Assembly: GCA_964016885.1 (NCBI GenBank)
Contig: OZ024743.1
Span: 43,028,001-43,092,000, forward strand
DNA from: Eledone cirrhosa
Taxonomy: Eukaryota
Length of the DNA: 64,000 nt
Direction of reading: 5' to 3'
The position numbers and the translations under genes are program-made. Shown here one piece after another: positions 25,548 through 39,168 of the stretch (the stretch's first letter is position 1; every line of letters begins with the position of its first letter). The notes beneath the pieces were generated by a model. It saw nothing but the letters and a program-made list of their open reading frames with translations, made no database searches and had not been told where the DNA came from.

Positions 25548-25733
25548 ACATATATATGTATATATATATATATATGTATGTGTAGATATATAAGTGTGTG
25601 TATGTGTATGCGTGTGTGTGTGTATATTTGTGTGTTTGTGTTTTTCTTGTGCATATATGTATATATGTGTATGTATGTATGTGTGAGTGTGTGTATATGT
25701 ATGTGTGTGTATGTGTATACGCACACATATGTG

Positions 25734-25779
<46 letters not shown>

Positions 25780-26109
25780 TATGTGTGTGAATGGGTAGGT
25801 GTGCACACACACACACACATATATATAAATATATATATATATATAGGTATATATGAGTGTGTAAGTGTTTAAATATGCGTGTGTATATATATGTGTGTGT
25901 AAGTGTTTTTGTATGTGGTTGTGAGTATGTAAATATATTTTATTCTTTCCTTCCTACAAAAACACTCTGGCCACCTGTGGCTTGTATGTTAACTTGACCA
26001 CTCACCCCAGTCTGTGCCATGATTCGGTCTTGTTAAATGTTTAATTTCTATTACCAACCCACCAACATTTCCCTACGATATATCTGTTGAATTACTATTC
26101 TTGGGGTTT

Positions 26110-26146
<37 letters not shown>

Positions 26147-26515
26147 TTTATTTATTTTTTATTTATTTTATTTATTTATTCTTTTATCTATTTATTCATT
26201 TATTTATTTATTTACTTATTTATTTATTTCAAAAAAGCACTCTGGCTAAAAAACGGCCTGTGCCATGAAGTGGTCCTGTGTATCTAAATACCCCCCCCCC
26301 CCCCACTTCTACCCACCACCACCCCTCCCTTACCACTACCTAAATGTATAAATACCAGAACTTAATATGACACCCAGCTTCCTGAAGATTTCATCTGAAT
26401 GAAACAGTACTAGTCCTGTAGAAGCTCCATCTATAAAATAAAAAAATTTTACTCTGCCATGTATTGAGTACCTTACTTACTGTGGTTATCCCCGACTCAA
26501 CCTGGGACCTACTTA
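25540..26515 (+). mobile_element. PLE 3' UTR/pLTR (right arm of the 0.9-kb inverted repeat)
   Basis: Reverse complement of 17596-18491, extended by the pLTR end also seen at 14161 and 59281. Confidence 0.85.
26376..26426 (+). ncRNA. Type-I hammerhead ribozyme, predicted cleavage after GUA at 26420
   Basis: AGCUUC / CUGAAGA / UUC-AUCU-GAA / GAAA / CAG-UACUAGUC-CUG / UA / GAAGCU; stem I covaries with the 14247 copy (AGAUUC/GAAUCU). Confidence 0.75.
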
Positions 26516-26519
26516 GATA

Positions 26520-26649
<130 letters not shown>

Positions 26650-28490
26650 AAGAAATTAAAAGATGGTTAAAAAAGTTCCATGTATTTTATTATGCGCATT
26701 TCAATATTTTATCCGATATCTGCATTGCTTTATTGTGCTACAATAAAACTCACCTCCTATATATATATGGGATAACAAGTTATCGTTATAGGTAATCCGG
26801 TTAGAGGTTGTGAGTTCTCTACGCCGTAGATAGCTTTAACGTACGGCTTTGTTTGACTCAAGAAGATGCTTCCATAGTTATGCAGCGAGGTCGCGGTAAT
26901 TTCTATGCAGGTTATACTTGGACTTATAATAGTTAAAGGAGTAACATGGTTGGCTGTACAATAAGGGCTTTATTTAAAGTACTGACAATTGTTTCGTTGA
27001 TCAGGTGAGTCTAAAGTTCGCTAATCGCTTGAAGTGGCCTCACTCGATCTCCAATACATTATTTACCTCTGGTCAACACATTAGAGTACGTAGATATATA
27101 TATATATATATGTCTATACATGTGAGTATATTATATATATACATATATATATGTATATATATAAGAACTTACGTGGACCTTTCAAATACTTTTGATTTCC
27201 ATATAGGATTTTCACCCTGAAACTGGATTACTAATCGACTCGACCGGACTCTACCCTCATCTCACTATCATTTTCCATCCACTATTTTCTTCTGACTCCT
27301 CCCTTCTCACTATATCAATATTACTATTCTATTTCCCTCTGAAGTGTCTATCCCATTTTATTCTACCCCCCACCCGTATGTTTTCAACTCTTTTCTCCAT
27401 TATCTTACGTCCTTTTCTAATCCGCTTCACTAGTCAACATCTGTTACTACTCCACCCTTTCCTCACTCTCATCATTTAATCATGCCCAATCTCAAATCCT
27501 TCCACGACCAGCCCCATTCCAGACTGAAAGGCTTCCTCCATCCTTTTCACCCTATTTGTATCCAAACTTTCTTGCATCTCTCCAGGCTCCTCTTCTCCAA
27601 AACACACAACGACAATCACCTCACTTTTCTAAGCCATTCTCTTCACCACTAAAACTCATCGATATGAATCCTAGAAAATGAATTAGTAACAATGCCAAGT
27701 ACTGAAGTTCTAAAAATGTACCTGATGACCTCCCATAGAATATATATATGTGATGCGGAAAGGCCACTTCCCGCGTGCAAAGTAAAAAGTTAACCATCTG
27801 ATTGGCACAATTTGCTTGGTGGGGAAGTTGAATTATTAAGGGCCTGGAATGTGTTTGTTATACTCTGGTACGAAAACATTCAAACTGGATTAAAAGTTCA
27901 ACAGAAGAGTGGCAGATGACTATGCAGAGACCTGGACGACATTCAAACGGTCATACACTAAACATTTCCCGCAGCTGTGATATTTCTGGGTGTTTTGAGC
28001 AACGAAGGAATTGTTATGTCTCCTTACCCCTTTCCTCATGGCTGAAGGGGTATGGTTGCTGACTATAAGGATATGTTAGTGAAGGTTCTGGGGCCTTGTA
28101 TAGAGAGCGGGTGCAAAGAAAGAATGTAAACTTATCAACAAGACTCTCCGCTGTAATGCCAAGGCGACGCGAGGATGAATGATTTACAATCTCCACAATC
28201 ATGCCACACCAATCACCTAGAACTTAATCACGTTTTCCTACTTTTATAACCCTTTTATACATTTTCGTTTGACTGATTATATATTTTACGATGCGGGGCA
28301 ACTAAAAATTTCATTTCAGGCGTAACTGCCGACTATAAAAGGTGGACTTTCCAGCGAGACTTGAACCGAACTCCTAACAACGAGACACGTTGCTTATAAT
28401 TCTCCGCCGAATCTATTCTTTTAACCATAAAGGGGTGTTCACAACAACATATACCCTCAAGCAGAAAGAAAGTATATTGAGTGACTTTTC

Positions 28491-29128
28491 TGCTACATAA
28501 CATATCTCGCTTAGAATTTAGACAAGCAAAATCTTACGTACAACTATTTGCATATCATAGAAATTATTTACATCTGTCCAATAGACATACGTAGCCATTA
28601 AGTAATAACTGTGTAATACGGCTGAAAAGGACATTTCATATGTTATATAATATGGTATGTTGCAAAATCGAATTAATAAGAGATAACCTTTTGTCTTTGT
28701 TTGGTGATTTAGATAAATGTGTAGAGCGGGGGAAAGGTTATTGTATAAGCGTATGGTATTGGAGTGGTCAGGTCAAATACATCAGGGCACCTGATGTTTT
28801 GACACACCATGCTACATAACATATCTCGCTTAGAATTTAGACAAGCAAAATCTTACGTACAACTATTTGCATATCATAGAAATTATTTACATCTGTCCAA
28901 TAGACATACGTAGCCATTAAGTAATAACTGTGTAATACGGCTGAAAAGGACATTTCATATGTTATATAATATGGTATGTTGCAAAATCGAATTAATAAGA
29001 GATAACCTTTTGTCATTGTTTGGTGATTTAGATAAATGTGTAGAGCGGGGGAAAGGTTATTGTATAAGCGTATGGTATTGGAGTGGTCAGGTCAAATACA
29101 TCAGGGCACCTGATGTTTTGACACACCA
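28491..29128. repeat. Recent 319-bp tandem duplication
   Basis: 28491-28809 and 28810-29128 are identical except one substitution that I could see (GTCTTT/GTCATT). Confidence 0.95.
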
Positions 29129-29296
29129 TGATAAAGTTGACTTATCAGGATAAGAGATTATTTTTCATCCTGCAAGTAAGTGGTATCTACACATATACAT
29201 AAATACATAATATATTTGACACAAACACTCATATACATTCGCACTTGAACTCAAATGCACACACGCACACATACACACACGCACACACACACGGAT

Positions 29297-29333
<37 letters not shown>

Positions 29334-31149
29334 TACACAAACCCATACAGAAACGCATACATACATCTGGTTCTACTGTCATGTATTGCACATATAGATG
29401 CATACTCTGTTGTCCATTCAATTCTAGCTGTAAATGTTCACGTATGTATCCCCTCAGTCGAAAATACATCCGTAAATTGTTCCCGTCTAGTCTATGTTTT
29501 GTTTTCATTGGGCTATGATCTTTTTTGAAAACCGACATTGCAAGTCCAATAACACCTTATTGCGTGAAACTGCCCTGCCAGCAATGTGGTTGACGAGGTA
29601 ATGATGCATTTATATATTCTCCTTATGCAACTCTTTATATTTACTCGATATTCCATGACACTTTTTTATTAGAATAGCTTCTCTGAATAAAATATCTGTC
29701 TGACTATTATTTGTTGTTTTAAACCAAAGATTAAATAAAATAGTTCCCAATTTGTTTGAAGTGTTGCGGGTTATAACTACATGTAGGAAGACATATCTAC
29801 CCTGTTACTTTTTAATATTCATCGCCCCAACTTTAACACAGAGTTACCAATCTTCAAATACAATATGTCTAACTCCATATGTACGCTATATTATTTAATA
29901 TGTTTCCCGTCTGTTCTTGACATTATTTGCGCATTATAAGTATTAATTTATGAGTAACCAACCGGATATTATATTAATATATGTTTTCGCTGCCGTTCTG
30001 CGAGGCATATTTGTGAAAGTTATCTTATTATTTAAAAGAGATCTGAGATTTCAATATCCATTTTCGTTGGAATGTGGTAATACCATTATTCTCTTGGGAA
30101 AATCGATCACATGGAAATGGCGGAAGATTGTGCAATATTGAAACTTCGTTTTTACGGATATATCATACATATAGACGGAGGAAGATTATTATATAATTCT
30201 TATTACATAGCCATCTGGCTTAATAAAAATTATTTAAAGGACATTATGAATATAAATACGTGCTCATATATACATCCATTTATACATATATGTACATTTG
30301 GACAAACTTCCTAATCGTATGTAGGCATATGCCGACACAGACACACACATTTATCTACAAGTGTGTGTGCGTTTAAGTGTGCCTTCATAAGATTTGAAAT
30401 AACATACTCTAAGACATACGCATACATATATAATCACACCTCCACAGATCTATACACACGTACCTAACTATATACATACATGTATGTATGCATTCATATT
30501 TATGTTGGTATGTATGAATATATATGTCTATCTGTGTGTGTGTATGAGAGAATGTGTATGTGTGCGAGCAGATGTATTTACACAGTAAGAGAGAGGAAAG
30601 TGACGGTATGAAAATCGATATCAGCTTCATTCATTTTATAATTTCCAGTTTTTTCCCTTTCCTACTGTAGTGAATCTGTATAAAGTTCAAATAATCAGCC
30701 ATTTGTTTATAAACTGTCAGAGTATTCAATGATCAGTAATGTTAAATCTCCTTTGAAAACTGACACAGAAGAAAGAGAGGGAATATAATGACATTAAATC
30801 AATATTTGTTAAGTTAGTTTATTTTAAATCTATGACAGAAATGTAGGATTTTACCTCTTCTTATTTCTATTTTTCGTATTAAACATGAAATATTTGCATT
30901 GCATTTTTATGAAAAAATCATTTCGTTCATTTAGAATTTTCTTTTCAACGATCTGTTTTATTATGTGATAATATATCTTTCAAATAGAGCATTTTATAGT
31001 ATAATTCATGATATATTAACGAGAATCAACATAAAATCCAATCGTTTGAACTAAACAAAAAATAAAAACAGGCCTTGTCTTGATATTCGATATTACACAT
31101 AATTACACATATGAATACACAATCATAGTAATGAATACATAAATACATG

Positions 31150-31431
<282 letters not shown>

Positions 31432-31827
31432 GAGAGTGAAAGAGAGAGAGTTAGTTAGATAGATAGAGAGAGAGGGGGAATTATATGTATGAATCTTAGT
31501 ATATATGTATATATAACACCCCAATCTTCTTAATCTTTTCCAATCTGTCAAACACTCCATCTCTTGATGAAAGACTTCCGCCCGAATAACTGGTCACTCC
31601 TCAACTTCTTCCATAACGTGATCCTAATAACTCTTTATATTTCTGCATACCTGTGTTTCTCTTCTTGCACACCGAATAATCAGTATCATGAGGTATTATG
31701 TATAGGTATCAGAGGGAGTATCAAATTCAAGAAAGAAGAAAGACGGTTTCCCATATTTAACTTTAGTTTATTGTTCTTCTATCACACATGTTATGCCCTT
31801 TTCAAGAGCATTAAAATGTCATTATTT

Positions 31828-31980
31828 AAAGGATGATAGTCAAAGTTAACCTCGGCGGGATTCTATTCTGAGCTCAAATCCCGCCAAAGTTAACTTTTCC
31901 TGTCATCCTTACAGGGTCGATAAAATAAAGTACCAGTAATGCACTGGTAATTACTGCCCTCGTGCCAAAAGTAGAAACAA
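31828..31980 (+). mobile_element. 5'-truncated SINE preceded by an inverted copy of its own middle
   Basis: 31828-31862 is an imperfect reverse complement of 31877-31911. Confidence 0.8.
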
Positions 31981-34205
31981 TTATTTAATGGATATCTAAT
32001 GCGTTGTCGTCACGCTGTTTTCATTTTGTGTTTTCGATATTCCTGTCAGTGAAGGAATGTTGTCAGTTCAGTTTCCGGCAAGCATATGCATTTTCAACGC
32101 TGGTGCTGGCAAGCAAGAGGTAGAGGAGTGGTACCTATTTTGATGATGTGATGAGGTGAAAATGAACAACCTTTGTAACGTTTAATACATGGTACTAATT
32201 TCACTTACGAATTTCTTCTACCGATCAATTACTGAAGCTGGGACATTACTCTGTCCTCGATTTCACTTATACCATATATATTTATGGATGTCTTGCACTG
32301 CAATAATGTGTTCATAATAAAGACCCTAGTACTACAATCGACTTCTAATAAGGCCTCTCCATTTGTATATACATTTTGATCGACGGTCCTACAGAATATA
32401 TTTTCCTTTTATGAACCTTGGCAACGTGAGCATTGAAATCTTATATCAGCTATCTACATATAACGCTGTAGTGAATTCATTTAGAAATTATTTATATTCG
32501 GACACTGTTGCGCGCATAAAACTTTACCACCTACAGAGATATATTTTGAGCCAACGCTTCAAAAGGAAATGCTCCTCCCAAAGGGATCTAGGCCATAACA
32601 CATTCCAAGAATTGGGGAACTGTGAGTATCCACACTCGCATCTGTGAAGTCATTTCTACGCCACACCGGAAAAGTGGAGTTCCATCATCCATCTAAATCT
32701 ACAGTACTAGAGCAACGGATATGTATTGAGGAAATTGTGACTATATACCAGTAGCATAAGACCTCTTCAATTATTTGCTCATTATCTGTAAGTGTTGTGA
32801 TGTTCCAACTTTTTTTCATTTTAAATTTGCTTCCTTCATGACCCGCTTTGTGTGTCTTTGTGTTTGCAACGTTTATGAGGCCATCTTAAGCTTCGTAGGA
32901 CAGGTAGCAGTTCCATCGATATTTGTCACAGCGTTGGATTGAGAATGCAATATATTTTTGGAACAAGTCCATCTACATAAATTGTTGTTACACCTCGTGC
33001 AGACCGATAGGTCATGAATGATTTTATTGCATCTGTACTGTATTGCTATTTTTTAGTGTTTTTGTCTACTAGTCACCAATGTGATACATCTATCAGGCCC
33101 ACGGAGTACCAACGGTCACATTATAAAGGTTTTGTGAAGTATTATATATTGGTTTCAATTAATGCTCCTAAAAAGAATCATACAGTTATAACAACAACAT
33201 ATATTTCGAATTAATCACATAAATATTCACGTAGTAAATGGCAGTTACATAGCCAGTTATATTGTAAACATTATAGGCATATAGTAAATTGTAGTGAGAG
33301 TAAAATAATAGTCGTACTTAGTAATTTGTATACATACCTTGTCTTTTCAATATTTAATGACATGGTACGTTTATATTGTTAAACGAACATTCAACACATA
33401 CATAAATTCTGGGTTTTGTATTTCAGCCGATATATTAATGGTAAAAATGTAGATATTATATCTAAAGAAACGCTAGTAGGATTGATCTCAGAGAGGGTAA
33501 AACTATATTAGCACGATATTTAAATAAGATTGTTAGCTGTATATGTCATCTCATTGTACAGGCCATCTCTAAAATTACATTACAACAAACAAGCTGATTG
33601 TAAATACTTTCTGTGATAAGCCTTCCATTTTCTCATTGATATAATCATACAAATGGGATCACAAGGCGCAAACATTTAAATGCTGTGGAAATTGATACAG
33701 GAAAAGAATGACAGGGAATCACGCACGGTATTTTATAAGACAATTGATTTTAAGTAGTATTTCAAAGTAAATAAATTAAGAAACTTTTCACACCGATTGA
33801 CTGCAAAAATAGAATTGATTTCATGCTTTCACTCTACTGAGAAAACCAATTTATAACAAGAACCATGTTTGGTGTGAATGTATAATCAAAGAAATTCTTA
33901 ATTTTACACTAAGTATTCATTGCATGTAAAGCTTTTCTCCCCAATGCTAAATATGATTATTGTTAGTTAACAATTAGATAAATCCTTGGGTGGTTACCTA
34001 TTTGTGGAGTAATTCCTATAAACAGATACAAGAGTGAAACATGATTAACGAATTCAAATTGTTTCTAGCCAAACGTTATATTATCAGAAAACCACCTTTC
34101 TCTAGTAAATGAAAGTACTTATCCATGTATATGAAATTCACTACCCTCTTAATCAGATGGTTTGATAGAAAGAGAGATAAAACAATACATAGAGGGACTG
34201 GTTAT

Positions 34206-34250
34206 TAGATAGATAGATATGTACATAGATAGATAGATAGATAGATAGAT
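34206..34250. repeat. (GATA)n tract at the 3' junction of element A
   Basis: Directly visible. Confidence 0.95.
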
Positions 34251-37200
34251 TTCTTTATTTGCCACAAGGGCGCACAAGAAAAGGGGACAATACAAAGACA
34301 TGCCGGGGATTTTACATACAGTCGTTTAAAAAATACAAAAACAAACAATTACAACAATCGAAATCCCCAATAGGGAGGAAGCGCCACAAATAGGTTGTTT
34401 AATACCCCGTCGATAGAACAACCTTCAACTCCAGGAGCGTGTTGTGCAAGTGCTCCTTTCTTCCTTTTGTTCTCGTCTTCAACCTACAGGCTTATAAGCA
34501 GAGAAGGCCTAATCACTCGGGCCATTTTCGCTCCATTCACCCACCTTTCAGTAAATTTACTGGGGTACAGTGGCTCTCTCTCCACTCTGATTCTCCTTCT
34601 AAAGTGATACTTAAAGAAGGGAATCAATTTGTATCCGGAGAGAAAGGCATCTGTCCTCATTCCTCTCAATCTCGTCCACCATATAACTTCTTTCACCATA
34701 GCCACTGTACAGAGGAAAACAGCCTCTCTTTCCTTTTTGAAAGAGGCTGGCGGTTTGATCCTTACCATAGAATCGGCAATCAACTGGATTTGTCCCATAC
34801 GAGACAGCAGTTGTTCTGCATAGTTCCACTGGTCGGTTACGCCCGGGCAGTGTACAATTGCGTGCAGGACTGTTTAAATGTCCTGCGCGCATCTTGGACA
34901 CGTCCTCTTGGAAGGATCCCTTCCGGGGCGTCCGTGCCTGTAGATATTGTCACGAACCGGTAGAGCTCCTCGGTAGCACTGCCAGGCCAGGGATCTCTGG
35001 AAGTTGTCCATAGGTCCCGGGCGGAAAGTCCTACCATACAGACTGGTGAGCTCATCGTCTTCAACGCCCAGAGTCTCTCCGAACACATCGTCGCCGTTGT
35101 ATCGTACAATCCCTCTAGAGAATGTCGAATGGAGTCTCCACTGATTGCTGCGCCCACTTGCCAGAGGATTGGAAGCGCCTGAGCGCATTCCATGTGCCAG
35201 GCGCCCATCGTTTTCCGTCTTTTCTTGACCCAGGACTGCAGCTCCGTCAGCGAGACGAGCTGTGGGAAAGCCTGTCTCACAAACGGTGCCCACACTGGTT
35301 GGGGGTCGGTGAGGAACACGTGGAGATGCCGCAACCTCAGCGTTCGTTTGCGGATCATCAGCCACGGCATTCCCATCCCTCCGTTGGAAGGGTGCTGACA
35401 GCAGACGGATCTCCTCACCAGCGGAGCCTGATTCTTCCACAGAAACTGGAAGAGCATGCGTTCCATCTTGGCAGGGGTGTTCACGGGGACAAGGGACGAC
35501 AGTCAAGCGGTAGTAGATGGCTGACGCTATGAAAGTGTTCGCCACCTCCGCTCGACCTTTCAAGGACAGTTTGCACTCTGCCCATTTCTGGGTGAAAGCA
35601 AACACCTTGGCGTGACCTCATTCAATTTTTTTTCCACCTGGAGGTCTGGACCGACCCAGACCCCGAACAATTTCACCAGTCCGTCCGTCCAGCGTCCAGC
35701 GACGCTGTCGGACGTCATCGGTTTTCCTCTCCACCTACCGAGTTGCAAACCGACAGACTTGTCCGGGTTTAGTTTGCTCCCGTCAGCGTTTCGTATCCTC
35801 TCAGTAATTGCCGATCACCCCGATTTCCGAGGTGCTCGACACCATTAGCGTTACGTCGCCGGCATAAGCCGACGCCGCTTTGCGCAGTCCAGGTTCTAGA
35901 GGGATGCACTGCAACAGTTCCAATTTCCGAAGTAGTGGCTCTAGAGTCAAATCATACAGAATGGAGGAGAGAGGGCACCCCTTGTCGATAGGAAAGCGTG
36001 ATTGCGAACGGCTCCGATAGGTAGCCGTTCATCTTGATCCTCGAGCAGATGCTGGTGTGAATCGCCTCGATCCAGGCTCTGAAAACGGGACCGAAACCGG
36101 CTGCCTTCAGAACCGCTTCCAAGTATCGATGGTCGACCCTATCGAATGCCTTAGACTGATCCAAATTGATCAGAGCCCCACCGAAGCCGGGTTTACTATC
36201 CACCCTCTCTATGATGTATCGCATGAGGTGGAAGTTGTCGTGTATGGACCTGGTAAGGATTGCACACGTTTGCGCTTTTCCAACCAGTTTCCCGACGACA
36301 ACCGCAACCTCGTCGCTAGCACCTTGGCCAAAATCTTTAACTCTGTGTTGAGCAGAGTTATGGGCCTGAAGTTGTTAATTTCGGCCCCCTTGTTCTCGAC
36401 TTTCCTGATCAGCGTTACTACGCCCTTGCCTGCAGAACTGGGAATTCTCCCGTTCTGCTGCCAATTGCAGTAGACGGCTTTGAGGACGCCAGAGAACAAG
36501 TCCGTCATGCCTATGTAAATCTCATAGGGTAGACCATCTAGACCGGGTGTCTTGCGTTTCCCGCAGCGGCCCAGAGCGTCCCGTATGTCAGTGTCCGTGA
36601 TCGGTCTTTCGCAGAACTCGGCGTCCGTGTTCGAGAGACGTGGCAGGCTGTCGAGGTATGAAGTAAAGTCAATTGCTCCGTTCTGCTCATCGTCGTTCTG
36701 CTGAAACAGTCGCGCAAAGTGCTACTGAAAGGCCGCGCACATTTGCTTTGGGTCAAGTAGCACACGTCTGTTTTGGTCTTTCAAAGACCGAATCGTGGAC
36801 TTGTTGCCACTTTTCGCCACCGCCTGTCGGACCCAGCTGACAGCTTTCGCTCCCTCGTTTCCTATAGAACGTGTTTTGCTTCTGACTACGCAGCCTTCGT
36901 GTTTCGCATCGAAGAACTGGTCCAGTGCCGTTCTCGACGCTAACACTCTAGCCGCGTTATCACTTCTAAGTGCCCCCTCTACCTTGGCAATAAGTTCTCT
37001 TTCTATTTTGTTTTTCTCTAAGGCTAACTCTCTGCTAAACCCTATCGATTCTATTCTAATTTATTTCTTGAGAGAATACCACCATTTATTGTTGTCGATG
37101 GCTCCCATTAACTGTTGCTTGACTACTCTACTTCTCCGTTCACTGTAAGATTTACGTGCCGGCAACGACACGTTCAGCTTCCTGTATCCGGGTCCTTGTC

Positions 37201-38940
37201 CATGTGTTCTATCACGGTTGACTAAGCAGACGACTAATTTGTTATCTGAATAGGCAATCATGTGCATTCGTGGACAGCTTAACATCTCCTTGTCCCTTTC
37301 TCTAATGAAGAACCTATCTAAATAGTATCTAGATGTCCCGCTGCGGTTTTCCCACGTCCACTGTGGTGCAGTCGGGAAATCCAGTCGATACCTATCGGCC
37401 AGTTGGAATTGGCCGATTAAAGTCTTGAGGCTGTTGCACCCCCCGCCCTCTACTGGGACATGCTCCCACATAGTCCCATCGTGCATTTAGGATACCATTT
37501 CAGTCCCCCACTAAAAGTTAAGAGCGCGACGTTCCCAGAAAAGACTCTAGACGCTTAAAGAAGTCTGGCCGTGATTGCGATTGCCCGATCGGGTCCAAGT
37601 GTACTTGCTGTACTTCGACGTCCAGATTCTTCCGAAACATGACAGCCACTCTCCCTCCACCTCCTGGCTGACAGAGAGCGGCGTAGATCTCAAAGTCGTC
37701 GAAGATGGTGGTTAGTTGCTGCCTGTTGTGGATCCTGGACTCGATGATGTCTATCACACCCATACCGTGTGACCTAAGGTTGTTTAAAAGTTGGCCCTGT
37801 TTTCAGGGCATCCCTAAGCCACGCACATTCACGCTTCCAACTCGTAAACTAGCCATGTTGGCGAAGAAGAGTTGGAGACAAAGGACGAAAGGTTCACTTA
37901 CCTTTTCGTTTCCTGGAGATCGAAAGAATCGTATCAATTTCTGGCTCTACTAAGCCAGCCAAGATCCACCAGATGTTAATGTTTGGCGGTATATATTTTT
38001 TTTGTGTCCTTTTTCCCATGTATGTAGGGAAAAAGGTGAATGATTTTGACACAATTGGTGTCACAGAATGTTTTTGGGCGAGAGCCTCGCTTTTAAACAG
38101 TACGGAAACACTTCCGTTCTGTTTTCCTCGTTGGAGAAAGTCGATGTTTGCTCGAATTTCCATCAAAGTATCTTCTATATATCCTTGACTAACAAATATC
38201 GGCTTTTCGTGGTATTGGATACAGTCCTAAAGTTCACTGTCCTTTGAACGAACTGTGTATTCTTTTATTTCGAGGGGTGAGTTAATTCTAAACCCACCCT
38301 CTCTTCGAAAGTTACACATTTTCTCCCTTGCTGCAGCATATCTCTTGCTTTGGAGATGTCAAGATTTATAAAATCCTGTTTTTTGTTCACTGTTTCAGCG
38401 AAAGACATTTTTTGTGTGTGGTGTTGCTGTTGTTGTTGTTGTTATCGTTGTTAGCCTCAGTGTTGGAAATCTCACTTTATGTGTAGATGTATCTGTGGAG
38501 TTGTTGATGTTGTTTTTTTCATGTGTATGTAATAGATTTAATGCATGTGTTTTCATTTTTCTCCGCTTCGATGGTAGAAATTGTACAATCTTCAAGTGGT
38601 AATATTTTCCCCCTTTGTTGACAGTCGTATCTATTGCGACATCCATAGTAGCAGAAGCAGATATAACGTTAACATCTGCCTCTTTCTCTCTCTTTTCTCT
38701 CTCGACGTTCTCTAGCGTTCTTATCGTGTTTTACAGTTGCCAAAATTTGATATTTTAAAACAATATTTAAATTAAATTTTAAAAGGGGCGAAAAATGGGG
38801 CGACAAATAGGATTACCGCCCAGCTGACAATTCAGCTTGGGGGTTAATCTACAAAATAATATTTTTTTTCAAACAATTTGTTCTGTTTTTCGTATATAAA
38901 TTAACAAAAAATCTTACCGGCGATGTTCCACGCGTCAGGC
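34251..38940 (-). mobile_element. Tx1-like L1-group retrotransposon, copy A (decayed; large internal ORF1 deletion)
   Basis: APE, RT (NFRPITLLNTE, DQSKAFDRVDH) and C-terminal CPRC pieces; ORF2 ATG at 37856, stop at 34484; ORF1 remnant ~37898-38650; ends AATAAAGAA|ATCTATCT. Confidence 0.93.
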
Positions 38941-39168
38941 AGATAGAGTGATAGATAGATAGATAGATATATTTCTTTTATTTGCCACCAGGGCATCAAA
39001 AGTGGGACAAGTACAAAGGGTGGAGTGTACACGAAAAGGCGTCCTCAATAAGGAGGAGGCAATAACAAAATATAAAAATAAAATAAAATATAACAAAAAA
39101 AAGTGTGCAACACTTTTCCTCAGGAGCACAGAGAGGGGGGTGCTCCCTCGTTCCTTCCTCTTTTCCAC

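Noticed and set aside
27715-27745. CTGATGA hammerhead start
   Set aside because: Runs into (TA)n with no stem II partner or GAAA.
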